A DNA stretch of 64,000 nt. Origin: Mobula birostris (taxonomy: Eukaryota). A program made the translations under genes and the position numbers. The DNA lies in the NCBI RefSeq assembly GCF_030028105.1, contig NC_092397.1, positions 19,168,630-19,232,629 on the forward strand, written 5' to 3'. Shown here piece by piece: positions 25,201 through 38,839 of the stretch (positions are counted from its first letter, which is position 1; every line of letters starts with the position of its first letter). The notes beneath the pieces are model-generated. The model searched no databases and was not told where the DNA came from. It saw only the letters and a list, made by a program, of their open reading frames with translations.

Positions 25201-28200
25201 GCTATCTAGGCCGTTCAATATTCAATGTGTTTCTATAAGATTCTCCCTCATTCTTCTAGACTCCAGTGACTGCAGGCCCAGATTATCAAATAATTATTAC
25301 ATCCTAACTCTTTCAGTCCTGGGATCATTCTCGTGAATTTCCACTACAGCCTCTGCAATGCCAGCACATCCTTTCTTAGAAAAGTTACCCAAGCCTGCTC
25401 ATGATACTCCAAATAAGGTCTGACCAAAGCCTCAGCATTAGATCCTTGTTTTTATTTTCTAGTTCTCTTGAAATGCATGCAAGTATTACATTTGCCTTCC
25501 TCACTACCAACTCAATGTGTGCATTAACCTTTAGGGAATCGTGCACTAAGACCCTTCACACAACTGATTTCTGTTCTCTCCCTGATTAGAAAGAGCCTAG
25601 GGTGTTATTCCTCCTACCAGAGTACATGACCACACACTTCATTACACTGTATTTCATCTGGCACTTCCTTGTCCATTCTCCAAATCTGTCCAAGTGCTTC
25701 CTCAACACAGCCTGCCTCTTCATATCATCCACAGTCTGGGCCTCAAAACTATCAATTCCACAAGAGTTACCCTGTCCAATCATGTGCAACCTCAACTGGT
25801 GCCTGAGATGAAGCAAAATAATCTCCCCCCTGGCCTCCACAGTGTATTCTCCAGCTTCCCACAAAGTATGAGAATGTACCTGATAAAGCCCTGGAGATTC
25901 AACAACCTTAAAGAATTTTTGCAATGGTGAAATAACTGTCAGAAATATTCATGGATAGCCTCTCCTATTTCATTTGCCTCCACACACAGATGGCCATGTT
26001 CACCTCCAAGGGGAACGATTCTGTGTCTAACTTAACTTTTCCTATGAATATACCAAGAGAATCTCTTGGATTTTGCTCACTTTGCCTTCTGAATCATGAT
26101 ATCCTCCTTTTACCCTCCAAACTTTTATTAGAGATCCTATCTCTAATAATATTCTCGAATAATTTCCCGAACATTGATCCAAGACTCACCAATCTGTAAT
26201 TTGTCTCCATTGCCTGAGGAACAACATGCCCTGGAATATCAACATTCCCTTCTCTGATCTCACTATCCTCCATGACCACATTGATGAATACTGATGAGAA
26301 GTACAGGTTTAGTCCTTCGCACACTTCAGACATAAACTCTCTCCTCTGTGCTTGTGTTGTCGTACCCTCTTCGCAGTGCCCCTTCTCACCAAAGTTATTT
26401 CTTCTTCCCATTTCACACTTCTGATTCTCTCTCTAACTTCTCTCTTACTTGTTTCATGTTGCCAGAGGCTTTCTCCAATTTCTACTTCTGAAATATTCCT
26501 TATCCTTCATTTTCTTTCAGTCTGAATTCATAACATCTCTCACTATGCCCCTCTGCCAGACTTTACCATCCTTGTGTTTCCTCCTCATAGAAACAGTTCT
26601 GTCTGAATTCTGACCCGATTGCTTTTAAACATCATTTACATGTTCAATGTAGACAGTTGCAATTAACTGTACCCCAAATGACCATATTACCACCAGGTCC
26701 AGTCTTGTCCTTATTTACTGTTCCCAAAATGAAACTTCTATCAATGGCCAGGCTCATTTCCCAATACAATGTTTTCTATGACATTTATAGCAAGAGGATT
26801 CGAGTACAGGAGCAGGGAGGTACTACTGCAGTTGTACAAGGCCTTGGTGAGACCACACCTGGAGTATTGTGTGCAGTTTTGGTCCCCTAATCTGAGGAAA
26901 GACATCCTTGCCATAGAGGGAGTACAAAGAAGGTTCACCAGATTGATTCCTGGGATGGCAGGACTTTCATATGAAGAAAGACTGGATGAACTGGGCTTGT
27001 ACTCGTTGGAATTTAGAAGATTGAGGGGGGATCTGATTAAAACGTATAAGATCCTAAAGGGATTGGACAGGCTAGATGCAGGAAGATTGTTCCCAATGTT
27101 GGGGAAGTCCAGAACGAGGGGCCACAGTTTGAGGATAGAGGGGAAGCCTTTTAGGACCGAGATTAGGAAAAACTTCTTCACACAGAGAGTGGTGAATCTG
27201 TGGAATTCTCTGCCACAGGAAACAGTTGAGGCCAGTTCATTGGCTATATTTAAGAGGGAGTTAGATATGGCCCTTGTGGCTACGGGGGTCAGGGGGTATG
27301 GAGGAAAGGCTGGGGCGGTGTTCTGAGTTGGATGATCAGCCATGATCATAATAAATGGCGGTGCAGGCTCGAAGGGCCGAATGGCCTACTCCTGCACCTA
27401 TTTTCTATGTTTCTATGGCTCCCTTCCCGGGTTAGACTATCCACTTCTATATTAAGTAACATCCCAGTATTCTTCTAACATATTTGGTGATATCTAAGCC
27501 CCTGACTCTAAGGGAATCCCAGTCAACATTGGGGAAATTAGTCACCACTGCAACTACCCTGTTGCTTTTACATCTTTCATTACCTGCTACATTTCTGTTC
27601 CTTTATCTCCTGCTGGCATTTGGGAGGCCTGTGGTATAACCCCATCAGTGAATGCACCTCTCTTATCCTGAGCTCTATCCACATTGTCCCACTGGATGAA
27701 CCCTCCAGTGTGTCCTCTCTTAGTCCCTCACCCACAATTCCATATAAAGGCTGATCTGCCATCAGCCTTCCTTGTATGTCAATCCCACTTCCCTGATTTT
27801 ACAAAACATTTATCTTCCTTCTCTTTGAATCTTTTCAGTTATCCAGCCTCCCCATTCATCTCAGTTGGGGAATTCCAGTGTTTGTTATACAGTGTTTTTT
27901 TAATCATTTGTGGCCTTGTAGAACAGTGCAGGCATGTACTCTGGTTTCCTGTAGTCCACAGTTTTGAGTGCCACAGTTCCACACAGTTATCAGATTATGT
28001 AAAGGGAGAGGGAGTTTGATGAAGTGAACCTGGGCAGTTGGCACATTTTGCATGTCACAGTTCCCGAGGAAATGTTTGATTGCCCATAATTCGGAACGTG
28101 GCAAGATCCAATAAAAAGAAATTAGACTTAACCAGAGCGGTCATTGTATGAGTGGGCCAGAATTGGAGTGGGGAGTTCAGGTTTCGTCTCTTCTGAGAGA

Positions 28201-30410
28201 TGTAGGCCATAGGTAGATATATTTTGATTTAATCTTTATTTCTTTTGTATTACACATTTAGAGCAGAGGGGATGCCAGACAAGATACTTGTCTTGATGGA
28301 AGGAGACAGAGGGTGGTCATGGCAGCTTGTTATTCAGGTTGGAGGCCTCTGACCAGTGACAGTCACAGGGATCGGTGCTGGTACTGTCAGTTGTCATCTA
28401 CATTAACAATTTTCTGACATTGTAGTGACAGTGAGTTTGCAGATGACAGCAATGTTGGTGGTAGTGTGGACTGTGAAGATTGTGTGAGAGTACAATAGGA
28501 TGGAGATTAACTGGGGAAGTCGGCCAAAAAATGGCAGAAGGATATTGATGTGGACAAGTTTGAGGTGTTGCATTATGAGAAGTTCAACCAGGGAAGGATC
28601 TGCACAGTAAATTCTTGTTCCTTGGAGAGTATTATAGAAGAGGTTCCATGAAATACAGAAACATCATTCACTGAAAGAGACAACACAGGTAGTCAGGATG
28701 GTGAAGGTGGTGTTTGGCCTATTTGTCTTCATTGATCAGGGAACTGAGTAGAGAATTTGGGATGCCGTATGACAGCTGTAAAAGTCAAAGTGAGACCAGA
28801 CTGTATTTTGCACAGTTCTGGTCATCCAGTTGCAGGAAAGATGTCATGAAGCTGCCAAGTGTGGAGGGAAGTTTGATGAGAATGTTACTGACACTGGAGG
28901 ACTTTAATTATCAGCAGAAGCTGGACAGACTGGGACTCTCTTTCTCTCTCCTGAGAGAGTAAGGAGCTGTCTGGTGACCGTCCAAAGGTTTACAAAATCA
29001 GTAGGTGAGCACTCTTTTTGTAGGGTAGGGAAGCCTAAATTTACAGGGTAATTGTTTAAGATGAAGGGGAAACATTTAAAAGCTACCTTATGGGTGGGGG
29101 ATGTTGCATCTTTGAATAAGGAGACCAACACTTCAGTGATAAGAGGGGTTTTGATGAGGTCTTGTAAGTATAGGTTTTAAATAAAATGATGAATGATGAT
29201 TTTGATGGGATTATACTGCCGGCCTCCCAATTGGCTCAGATATTGTGCAGCAGACATATTAGTAAATCACACAGAGGGGTAATGGGAACAAGTTTACAGC
29301 AGTTGGGCATTTCAACTTTCCCAGATTACCTTGTATGAAAAGTTTCAGTCTCCAGGAGAAATTTGGCAGACACAGGATTGGTTCATCCCTCAGCAGAAAC
29401 AGTATTTAAAAGGGAGGATGAGGCAACCATCACTAACAACAGAAGACAAAGGCAGCATAAAAGAACATGAGAGGGCAAAGAATATCACCAAAATTAATGG
29501 GAAGCTAAAGGAATGGGAAACTTAAAAAAAAACAGAACAACTATAATAACAATATGCAGAAGTCAGATGAATTATGAAAGTAACTGGCCAATAATAGAAA
29601 CAAGATACAAAAAGATTTATTTTCAGATATATGAAGAGTAAAAGAGGCAAGAATGGACAAGGTTTTAGGTTTCCTATTCTCATCTTCAGACTCACACCCC
29701 TCCCTGATCCTCTTTTTACATGATTTAGTTTATTCTGTACTTCTTATTTTAACTGTTTTTTTTAAGAAATTGCTCTGTACTGCTGTAGCAAAACAACAAA
29801 GTTAATGACATATGTCCGTGATAATGAACATGATTTTGAATTTGATACTAATCACCTTCACTGATCAATGCCAGTGCACAAAAGTTTTATTAATGAGTTG
29901 GAGTAACTTCCCTCAACTTTACTTGGAAGGATGTCGCGGATTACAGGGTGCTCATGATCACTTAGGGAAGAGGGTCAAGTGTGGCAAATGCATTTCAATA
30001 CAGATAAGTGTGAGGCGGTGCATATTGGAAAGTCAAACCAGTGTAGAACTTACACTATGAAAGATCGGTCATTGGGGAGTGGAATGGGCCGGAGAGATTT
30101 AGGGGTAAAGTGAACACAGTTCATTGAAAGTTGTGTCACTTGCAGACAGGGTGGTGAAGAACGGGGTTTAACATGCTGGTCTTCATTAGTCAGGGGATAG
30201 AGTATATCAGTTGTGACATTATGTCACAGTTGTGTAAATGACTGGAGGACACACTTGCCGATTTGTATACAGCTCTTGTCACCATTATAGGAAACGTGGT
30301 TAAACTGGGGAAAGTGTAGAAAAGATTTCCAAGGTATATTTCCCGGACCCGAGGTTCTCAGTTACATAGTCAGTTTGGCCAGACAATGTCCTTTGTCCTT
30401 CATTCCTTGG
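22300..30410. mobile_element. Dense patchwork of old CR1 fragments on both strands
   Basis: Multiple degenerate CR1 ORF1/ORF2 motifs (VYKMLVRPH, LNKYCASVFT, NYRLVSL..GKL.E, LYFAQFWS). No long ORF except 26781-27417. Confidence 0.6.
26781..27417 (+). mobile_element. Young 5'-truncated CR1 3' end, same subfamily as 17781-19168
   Basis: Open ORF FIARGFEYRSREVLLQLYKALVRPHLEYCVQFW...; near-identical to the reverse complement of 17781-18410; flanked by TTTCTATG at 26773-26780 and 27410-27417. Confidence 0.92.
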
Positions 30411-30599
30411 AATCAGAATCAGATTTATCACCGTGTTATATGACGAGGAACCTGTCGTTTTGTTCTGACAGCAGTACAGGCCTCTGAAGGTGCAGATGTG
30501 AACATTGTGTCAGCATAACGCCAAGAGATTCTGGGAATGGCGAACAACGCGGCCAAAATGCTGGAGGAACCCAGCAAGTCAGGCAGCATCTCCCACCAG

Positions 30600-30635
30600 A
30601 GTCCTGATGAAGGGACTCGGCCCGAAATGTCGACT
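30600..30635 (+). ncRNA. Putative minimal type I hammerhead ribozyme motif in a Penelope-like terminal repeat
   Basis: AGTC-CTGATGA-A-GGG(ACTCGG)CCC-GAAA-TGT-C-GACT: helix I AGTC/GACT, core CUGAUGA and GAAA, short helix II, loop-less helix III. Flanked by inverted arms at about 30557-30590 and 30652-30670. Confidence 0.6.
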
Positions 30636-31039
30636 GTTCATTCTCAGCATTGATGCTGCCTGACTTGCTGATTCAGAGACAGTGTTTTAAAGCGGCGGGC
30701 GATTAGACGAGTATCACTGTGTTTGTGGGTCCGAACACATCGCCAGATTTCCCAGCGCCTCCTGTACAAAAAGAAAAGATTTCTCTGTTATGGGATCGCC
30801 CCACTCCCCAGCTCAGTCCCGAAGCGGGAATTAACCGCAAAGTTTTAGTTAGTTTCAAAATTTCAGCCGAAAAGCAGAGAACAGGTCAACAAAATGGAGA
30901 GAGATCGCGGGCAGTGCAGTAATCAAACGGGTTAAAATAGAAAGTGCTGCCTTTAATCCCGATTAAACTCTCTTTCCGGCGAACTTTGCGGCCTCAGTGA
31001 CGGACAAGGACCAGTCTGAGTCTCTGGAGTGTCCGATTT

Positions 31040-31218
31040 TAATTGGAATCGGAGAGTTTTTGAGGAGAGAGAAACACAGAAAAATGAAGTCTCCGGGAGC
31101 TGACAGCAGGATGTCTCCGCCCCGTCCGCTCGCTGTCTTTAAATTGCTCTGGGCCGCCGCCTTTCGCTTCAGTTCTCATTCAGTCTGATTGTGAGAAGCA
31201 TTTTCCAGAGTCGCCGAC
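31040..31218 (+). promoter_or_regulatory. H1 promoter
   Basis: H1-box AAACACA at 31072-31078, GC box CCGCCC at 31117-31122, and TTTAAAT at 31138-31144. Confidence 0.75.
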
Positions 31219-31899
31219 ATGACCGAGACAGCACCCGCCGAAACGGCTCCTCCAGCCGCACCCGCCGCCGCAAAGACGACTCCCAAGAAGAAGGCGGCCG
31301 GCCGGAGCAAACCAGCCGGTCCCAAACTGGGCGAACAAATCGATAAGATTGTGGCGGATTGTCGCGATAGGAAGGGGATGTCCGCTGTGGCCATCATGAA
31401 GGCTCTGACCAGCAGCGGTGTCGATGTGGGGAAACGTCGCGCCCAGATCAGGATGTGCATCAGGAAGAGAGTGGAAAGCGGCTCCTTGGTTCAGACCAAG
31501 GGCGCGGGTCTTTCGGGATCCTTTAAATCCGGTCAAGGAAAAAGTGCCGTGAAAGCGGTGAAGAAAGCGAACAAGCCATCGGTAAAGAAATCTGCCATCA
31601 AGAAATCTCCCAGCAAGAAGTCTGGCGCCAAGAACCCAGCGGCTAAGAAAGCGGCAGCGAAGAAACCAGCGGTTAAAAAGGCGGCAGCTAAGAAACCAGC
31701 GGCTAAAAAAGCGGCAGCTAAGAAACCAGCGGCTAAAAAAACGGCAGCTAAGAAACCAGCGGCTAAAAAAGCGGCAGCTAAGAAACCAGCGGCTAAAAAA
31801 GCGGCAGCTAAGAAACCAGCGGCGTCGAAGCCAAAGAGCCCCAAGAAACTCGCAGCCCCGAAGAAGGCGGCGGCCAAGAAGACAGCAGTCAAAAAGTGA
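31219..31899 (+). CDS. H1: Linker histone H1 (226 aa, divergent globular domain)
   Basis: [16 protein letters not shown]-terminus, [14 protein letters not shown] winged-helix end, K/A/P-rich tail, H1-box and 3' stem-loop. Confidence 0.95.
   Translation: MTETAPAETAPPAAPAAAKTTPKKKAAGRSKPAGPKLGEQIDKIVADCRDRKGMSAVAIMKALTSSGVDVGKRRAQIRMCIRKRVESGSLVQTKGAGLSGSFKSGQGKSAVKAVKKANKPSVKKSAIKKSPSKKSGAKNPAAKKAAAKKPAVKKAAAKKPAAKKAAAKKPAAKKTAAKKPAAKKAAAKKPAAKKAAAKKPAASKPKSPKKLAAPKKAAAKKTAVKK
31630..31824 (+). repeat. 30-bp coding tandem repeat ([10 protein letters not shown]) x about 6.5 in the H1 tail
   Basis: AAGAAACCAGCGGCTAAAAAAGCGGCAGCT repeated with period 30. Confidence 0.95.
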
Positions 31900-31935
31900 A
31901 TTAAGATATACCGTTTGTAAGTGTTTGAACCCAAC

Positions 31936-31951
31936 GGCTCTTCTCAGAGCC
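31936..31951 (+). terminator. Histone 3' stem-loop
   Basis: GGCTCT-TCTC-AGAGCC ACCCA; HDE AAAGAGCTG at 31966-31974. Confidence 0.95.
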
Positions 31952-32762
31952 ACCCACATCTCAGAAAAGAGCTGATCGTGAATATTGTGATTCCCGCGCC
32001 GGGTCCGTCTGAGTTTTGCGGGGGAACTTACCGCATAAAACCCGATTTTCCCGGTACCTCTCTGACATTCAGAGCGGCCCTGACGTCCCAGATTTGAAGT
32101 GAAACACTGCGTTTCACTCGGGTTGTGTGTGTGTGAGAGAGAGAGTGAGACCGGTGGGGTGGTCTGCAGGCCCAGTTCCTTCTCCCGCTCCAGGACAGCG
32201 TGACTGAGATTCCGCACCTCGCATCCCAAAGCCCGATTCAGCTGAGTTGATTGGGAACTGCTGAAACCTATGTGAGAGGGGAGGGGGCGTCTTGAGAGAG
32301 GGATCTGTCTCTGGGGATGGACTGCAGGGGGAAGATATATGATAACCTACCCGGCGACTTTGCCGACTGACCTTCAATCAGGTACCAGCTACAAAAGTTT
32401 ATTCACACAACATTTACAAGAATAAAATCAAAAATATATAATTACCGCTCTCGGAAATCTCCCACTGTACCCATCGCGACCGCATGCTCCCACTCCAAGG
32501 ACAGCCGGGCATGTCGAAAGCAAACAAAACGGTAACAGCCGCAGCAGCTGTACATGCCAGGTTTGTGGGAGAAGTGAAGGGCCAGGTGAGACCCTGACAG
32601 GGAGGGAGCGCGTTCATCTCCTGTCTCTCGCTGAATTAACCTGTCGGCACAGAACAGCTGATGATTGCGGTCAGTTAATGCAAAACCGAACAACCCCATC
32701 AGGAAAGCAGATCGTCACTACAATAATCAGCAAGCGACAGCCCTTTCCTTTGCTGTGGTAGT

Positions 32763-32778
32763 GGCTCTTAAAAGAGCC
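32763..32778 (-). terminator. Histone 3' stem-loop of H3
   Basis: Minus strand GGCTCT-TTTA-AGAGCC; HDE GAAAGGGCTG near 32739-32748. Confidence 0.95.
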
Positions 32779-32807
32779 TTTTCTTGTGCTTGTTGTGGAG
32801 GCTGGGT

Positions 32808-33430
<623 letters not shown>

Positions 33431-33846
33431 GCGGTCGGACTTCATTCATGCAGAGTGATTGGCGCCAGGTTAATTTAAAATCGCCCGGCAATTGAAGACC
33501 ACCCAGCAACGGTGCTTGATTACATTTTATTTACAATTAATTGTATGACGAATTATACAAATTCAGTTTCGTTTAATAAATTTAATATCTAATTTCCTCA
33601 GTTAAGATTTAAATTCACAACTGCAGAATCGTTCTCTAAACGAGTGAACTGATTTCTGTTCGAAACTGATAGAGGATTAAAATCGATCCTAATGCAGGTT
33701 TTGCGGTAATCACTGACTGGAAAGGCAGAATTGCAGTATGTTTCAAGCGGAATCGATCAATCTGTTTCAAATGCAACTCAACTGAATGTATCGATAAAAA
33801 ATAATTAAAAGTCTGTGGATACGGCTCCGTTTGTGAGGCGGTGGGT

Positions 33847-33862
33847 GGCTCTTAGAAGAGCC
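33847..33862 (-). terminator. Histone 3' stem-loop of the second H4 copy (intact)
   Basis: Minus strand GGCTCT-TCTA-AGAGCC, identical to 5450-5465. Confidence 0.95.
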
Positions 33863-33895
33863 TTTGTTTTGTGCTCGGGAGGAGGTGGGAGTTTT

Positions 33896-34216
<321 letters not shown>

Positions 34217-37200
34217 TCACTCAGGTCGCTGCTCACTGACAAACTGCCTGCTGCTGTCTCCTTTTATACACAGCGCTCCGACCTGCCCGAGAAACGCGCA
34301 GAGAGACAGAGGCGGGGAGAGGAGGAGACAGAGTCAGAGTGACGGACAGAGCCGAGAGCGGCCTCTCATCGTCCAGCTCCGCCTTCACTTTACCACAACC
34401 GGCAATTTCCAACGATTCATCCGACACAAAGCGCTCCAGCGAAAAACAAAACTCCCTCACACACCACGTACATACTAGGGGTTTTCTGGGAATTTACCGA
34501 TTCTCCTGCTTTAAATTAAAGGAAGTGCTTTTCCATTCTACAAATCCCCGAGGACCTCGGTCTGTCCCTCCCGGCCCCATGACCAGTGTCAGCGCCCTCA
34601 CACACAGCAGTTGGTGGGCGAGGGTGCAGTCACTTCCAGTGATGAGGGGGTTTTATTCATTAGAACAATTGTTCCGCTGGGTCGTCAGGGAAATGAAAGA
34701 CTGGTCACATACAAGAACAGGATACATAACCAGATATATAGACCGCGCTTCTGGCGCCTTCTAAAGCCCAGGTAAAGGGGTGGCTGAGGAGCTGGTGCGA
34801 GGTGGGTGGTTCTTCAGGTACAAGGATCTTTGGGTCTCAAGGGAAACGAGAGACGGGTCCAAGGAGGAGGGGAGCCAATATGTTTCCGGGGAGCCTTCTT
34901 CGTGCTACACGGAAGGGTTTAAACGAGCAGGGATGTTAAGTCCTACACAGTGGTTTTAGAGAACTAGGTTAAAAAAAAGCAGGACTTCCAGGATTGTAAT
35001 CGCGGAATTGTGACCAAAACCATGCGCTAGTGTGGTGAGAAATCGATATTTCGCGCAGTTTAATATGTTGCTGAGGAACTGATGCAGGAGGGAGGGTTTC
35101 AGATTCATGGATTCATGGGTGGTCCAGGCAGGTGGGAGACCGGGACAAACAAGACCATTTGCATTTGACCCGGACGGGAACCAATATCTTCACCAGGAGG
35201 TTTGATGGTGTCACTTGGCAGAGTTTGAACTGGAGTAGCAAGTGGGAGAATATATGTATGACAAGACAGTCTGAAAAGAACGAGAGCCAATGTCAGGCTA
35301 ATAAACATGGTGGGATTGCTGGGCTGAAATGAGTTTATTTCAACATTAGGAGTTTTATGTTGTCGGACGGACAGGGCTGGCAGCTCAACATTCCTGGGTT
35401 TGATTGTTTTACATGTGAGTGGGGGTGGGAGGGGGGGGTTAAAAGATGCAGAGGTTACCCCACTGGGAATGTCACTGCAAACTGGAAGGTTAATTTACAG
35501 AGGCAATCTGCAGTTACACTGTTGGGATGTTTGCACTGGCCCCACAATAACCAGTGGGGGGACTTTATCTTCCCTAGAATTGACTGGAATTTGCTCAATA
35601 CTAAGAAGCGCAAGATTTCTTCAGTGAATCTGAGGAAAGTCTGAAACATTATGTCGAGCCCAACCAGAGTTGAGAACATGTGGGAATTAGTTTTGGGAAA
35701 TGAACCAGACCAGGAGACAGACAAGACTCAGTGAAAATTTTGGGATCTTATATTTTTCTTAGTTATGAGTAAGAATAAAATTAGATCTTGTAAGAAGGTA
35801 CTAAATTGCAGGAGGGCAAGTTAGGACGCAGTAAGACAGAAGCCAAGGGGCATTGATTGGGAGCAGCCACATGTGGGAGTTGTTTAAAGACCACCAGGTC
35901 AGAGTTAAATATTGAGGTACAGGATTTATGCACATTTGCAAAGGCATGGCCTGCTTAGGGACAATCAGCATGGTTTTGTGTGGGCAGATCATGCTTGACA
36001 AAGTTGCTCGAGGTTTGTGAGGTGATGACAGAGACTAAGGTATAGGAGTAGAATTAGACCATTTGGCCCATCGAGTCTGCTCTGACATTTCATTGTGGCT
36101 GATCCATTTTTCCTCTCAGCCCCAATCTCCTGCCTTCTCCATGTGTCCCTTCATGCTCTGACCAATCAAGAATCTATCGATCTCTACCTTAAATATACCT
36201 TGGCCTCCACAGCTGCTGCCTGTGACAACGAATCCCACAGATTCACCACTCTCTCTAAAGAAATTCCTCCTCATCTCCATTCTAAAAGGATGCTCCTCTA
36301 TACTGCGGCTGTGTCCTCTGGTCTTAGACACTCCCATCCTCTCCACATCAACTTTATCACAGTGATAGGTTTCAATTAGTCATCCCTCATTGTTCTCAAT
36401 TCCAGTGAATAAAAGGCCCAGAGCCATGAAATGTTCTTCATATGACAAGCTGTTTGATCCTGGAATCATTTCAGAGAATCTCGTTTGAAACCCATCCAGT
36501 TTCAGCTCATCCTTCCATACAGGGCCCAAAACTGCTCCCAATACTCCAAGTGAGACTTTGCCAGTACTTCATAAAGTCTCAACATTACAGTCTTGTTTTT
36601 ATATTCCAGTCCTCTTGAAATGAATGCTAACATCACAGTTGCCTTTCTCAGCAGAGACCCAACCAACAAATTAGCCTTTAGAGAATCCTGCACAATGACT
36701 CCCAAATCCCTTTGTACCTCAATTTTTTGTATCTTCTCTCCATTTAGAAAATAATCAACCCTACTATTTTTTCAACCAAAGTGCATGACCATACACTTCC
36801 CAATTCTGTATTCCATCTGCCACTTCTTTGCCCATTCTCTTCATCTGTCTGTCCTTCCCTATTTCCTCAAAAATACCTGCACCTCCACCTGTCTCTTCAT
36901 ATCATCTGCAAATTTTGCAATAAATTCATGAATTCCATCATCCAAATCATTGACATATAATGTGAAAAGAATGAGACCCAACATCTTGGTGCTTGATGAG
37001 GGCAAGGCTGTGGACATGATCCGCATAAACCTCAGTAAGGCATTTGAAAAAGAGCAGTGGGATTCAATATAAATTGCAATTTCAATTCAGAAATGGCTTT
37101 CTCATAGAAGGCTAAGTAGGGCTGGAAGTCTGTGAGCAGTGGTGATCCACAAGGATTGATGCTGGGAATTATGTTGTTTCTGATATATATCGATGTTTGG

Positions 37201-37589
37201 ATGAAAATGTTGATGGGCGGTTTACAAGTCTACAGGTGACAGCAAGATAGGTGGAATTGTGGACAGTGTAGATATTGATCAATGCACACAGTGGGATACA
37301 GATCACAAACAGATATGCAGAGTAGCTGCAGAAGGAATTTAATCTGGGAGGGAATGTGGCATTGCAGTTTGGGAGGTCAAATGAAAGAAGAAAGTATAAT
37401 GTTAATAACTGACCCCTTCACAGCATTGGTGTAAAGAGTGATCTTGGGATCCAGGCACATAGTTCACTGAATGTGGCTACACAACGGGATAAGGTGTGCA
37501 GAATGCTGGTTTCCACTGGTCAGGGTGTTAAGCATAAGAGTAAGGGTGTCATGTAATATAACGTACAGGGAATGGACCCTGTGCAGGTA

Positions 37590-37943
37590 GGTGTATTCAC
37601 CTCCTTCAAGTCAGTATTTAGTCGATGGACCGTTGGCAGCAATTACAACCATGAGTCTATGTGGATAGGTCACTATCAGCTTTGCACATCTGGACACTGC
37701 AATTTTTCCCATTCTTCCTTACAAAACTGCTCAAGGTCTGTCAGAATGCACAGAGTTTATGAGTGAACAGCCCTTTTCAAGTCCAGCCACAGACTGAGGT
37801 CTGGACTCTGACTTGGCCACACCAGGACATGAACTGTGTTGTCTTAAGGCATTCCTGTGCAGCTTTGGTTTTAAGCTCGCAGTCATTGTCTTGCTGGAAA
37901 ACAAATCTTTTCTGAAGTCTCAGTTCTCTTGCAGATTGCATTA
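37590..37943 (-). mobile_element. Tc1 transposase C-terminal remnant
   Basis: Reverse-complement similarity to 2130-2490 (FQQDND, EEWEKIAVSRCAKLI). Confidence 0.75.
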
Positions 37944-38402
37944 GGTACAGCTCATCCTTAGGGAACGTGTGGTTTGTGGAGGGATGATGATCTGAGGAGC
38001 TGGGTGACAGGCAGAAAAGGCAAAGCGATGAAGAGAAAGGAATCCAATAGGAGAGAACTTTGGACCATGGGATGACACGAAGGAGGTGGAGAACCAGACA
38101 GAGTTGATGGGCAGGTCATGAGGGTGTGTGAAGAGAGGTGAAGGGGTTAAATGGTATCAGAATGGGGGAAAAGAAGTGGGGGTGAGGGAAACAGAGTGCA
38201 GTGATATCCGGAATTGGTAGAAATCAATGTTCATTCTATCAAGATTGGAGGCTGCACAGTCAGAATATGAGGTGTTGTTCGGCTAACCTGTATTTGGCTT
38301 CGTCATAGCAGTAGAGGAGGCCACATGCAAACATGTTGGTGATGGCTCTCCGCTGGTCAGGGTCGACCATGGATATTGCGCCCTAGCTGTGGAAGTCGAT
38401 AT

Positions 38403-38839
38403 GCAAGTCGGGGAAGTACGATACGTAAAGCAAGTCAGGGACGTACAAAACGTAAAGCAAGTCAGGGACGTATGAAACGTAAAGCAAGTCAGGGACGTAC
38501 GAAACGTAAAGCAAGTCAGGGACGTGCGAAACGTAAACCAAGTCGGGGACGTACGAAACGTAAAGCAAGTCGGGGAAGTACGATACGTAAAGCAAGTCAG
38601 GGACGTACGAAACGTAAAGCAAGTCAGGGACGTACGAAACGTAAAGCAAGTCAGGGACGTATGAAACGTAAAGCAAGTCAGGGACGTACGAAACGTAAAG
38701 CAAGTCAGGGACGTATGAAACGTAAAGCAAGTCAGGGACGTACGAAACGTAAAGCAAGTCAGGGACGTGCGAAACGTAAAGCAAGTCAGGGACGTACGAT
38801 ACGTAAAGCAAGTCAGGGAAGTACGATACGTAAAGCAAG
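38403..38839. repeat. 27-bp CpG-rich minisatellite, 16 full units; + frame encodes (ASQGRTKRK)n
   Basis: Consensus GCAAGTCAGGGACGTACGAAACGTAAA; units start at 38403 and every 27 bp to 38808, ending in a partial GCAAG at 38835. Confidence 0.98.

Noticed and set aside
31180-32229. 349-aa and 133-aa antisense ORFs over H1
   Set aside because: Shadow frames of the GC-rich, repetitive H1 CDS.
38403-38839. CRISPR-like array
   Set aside because: Units are directly adjacent with no unique spacers, there are no cas genes, and the context is eukaryotic.
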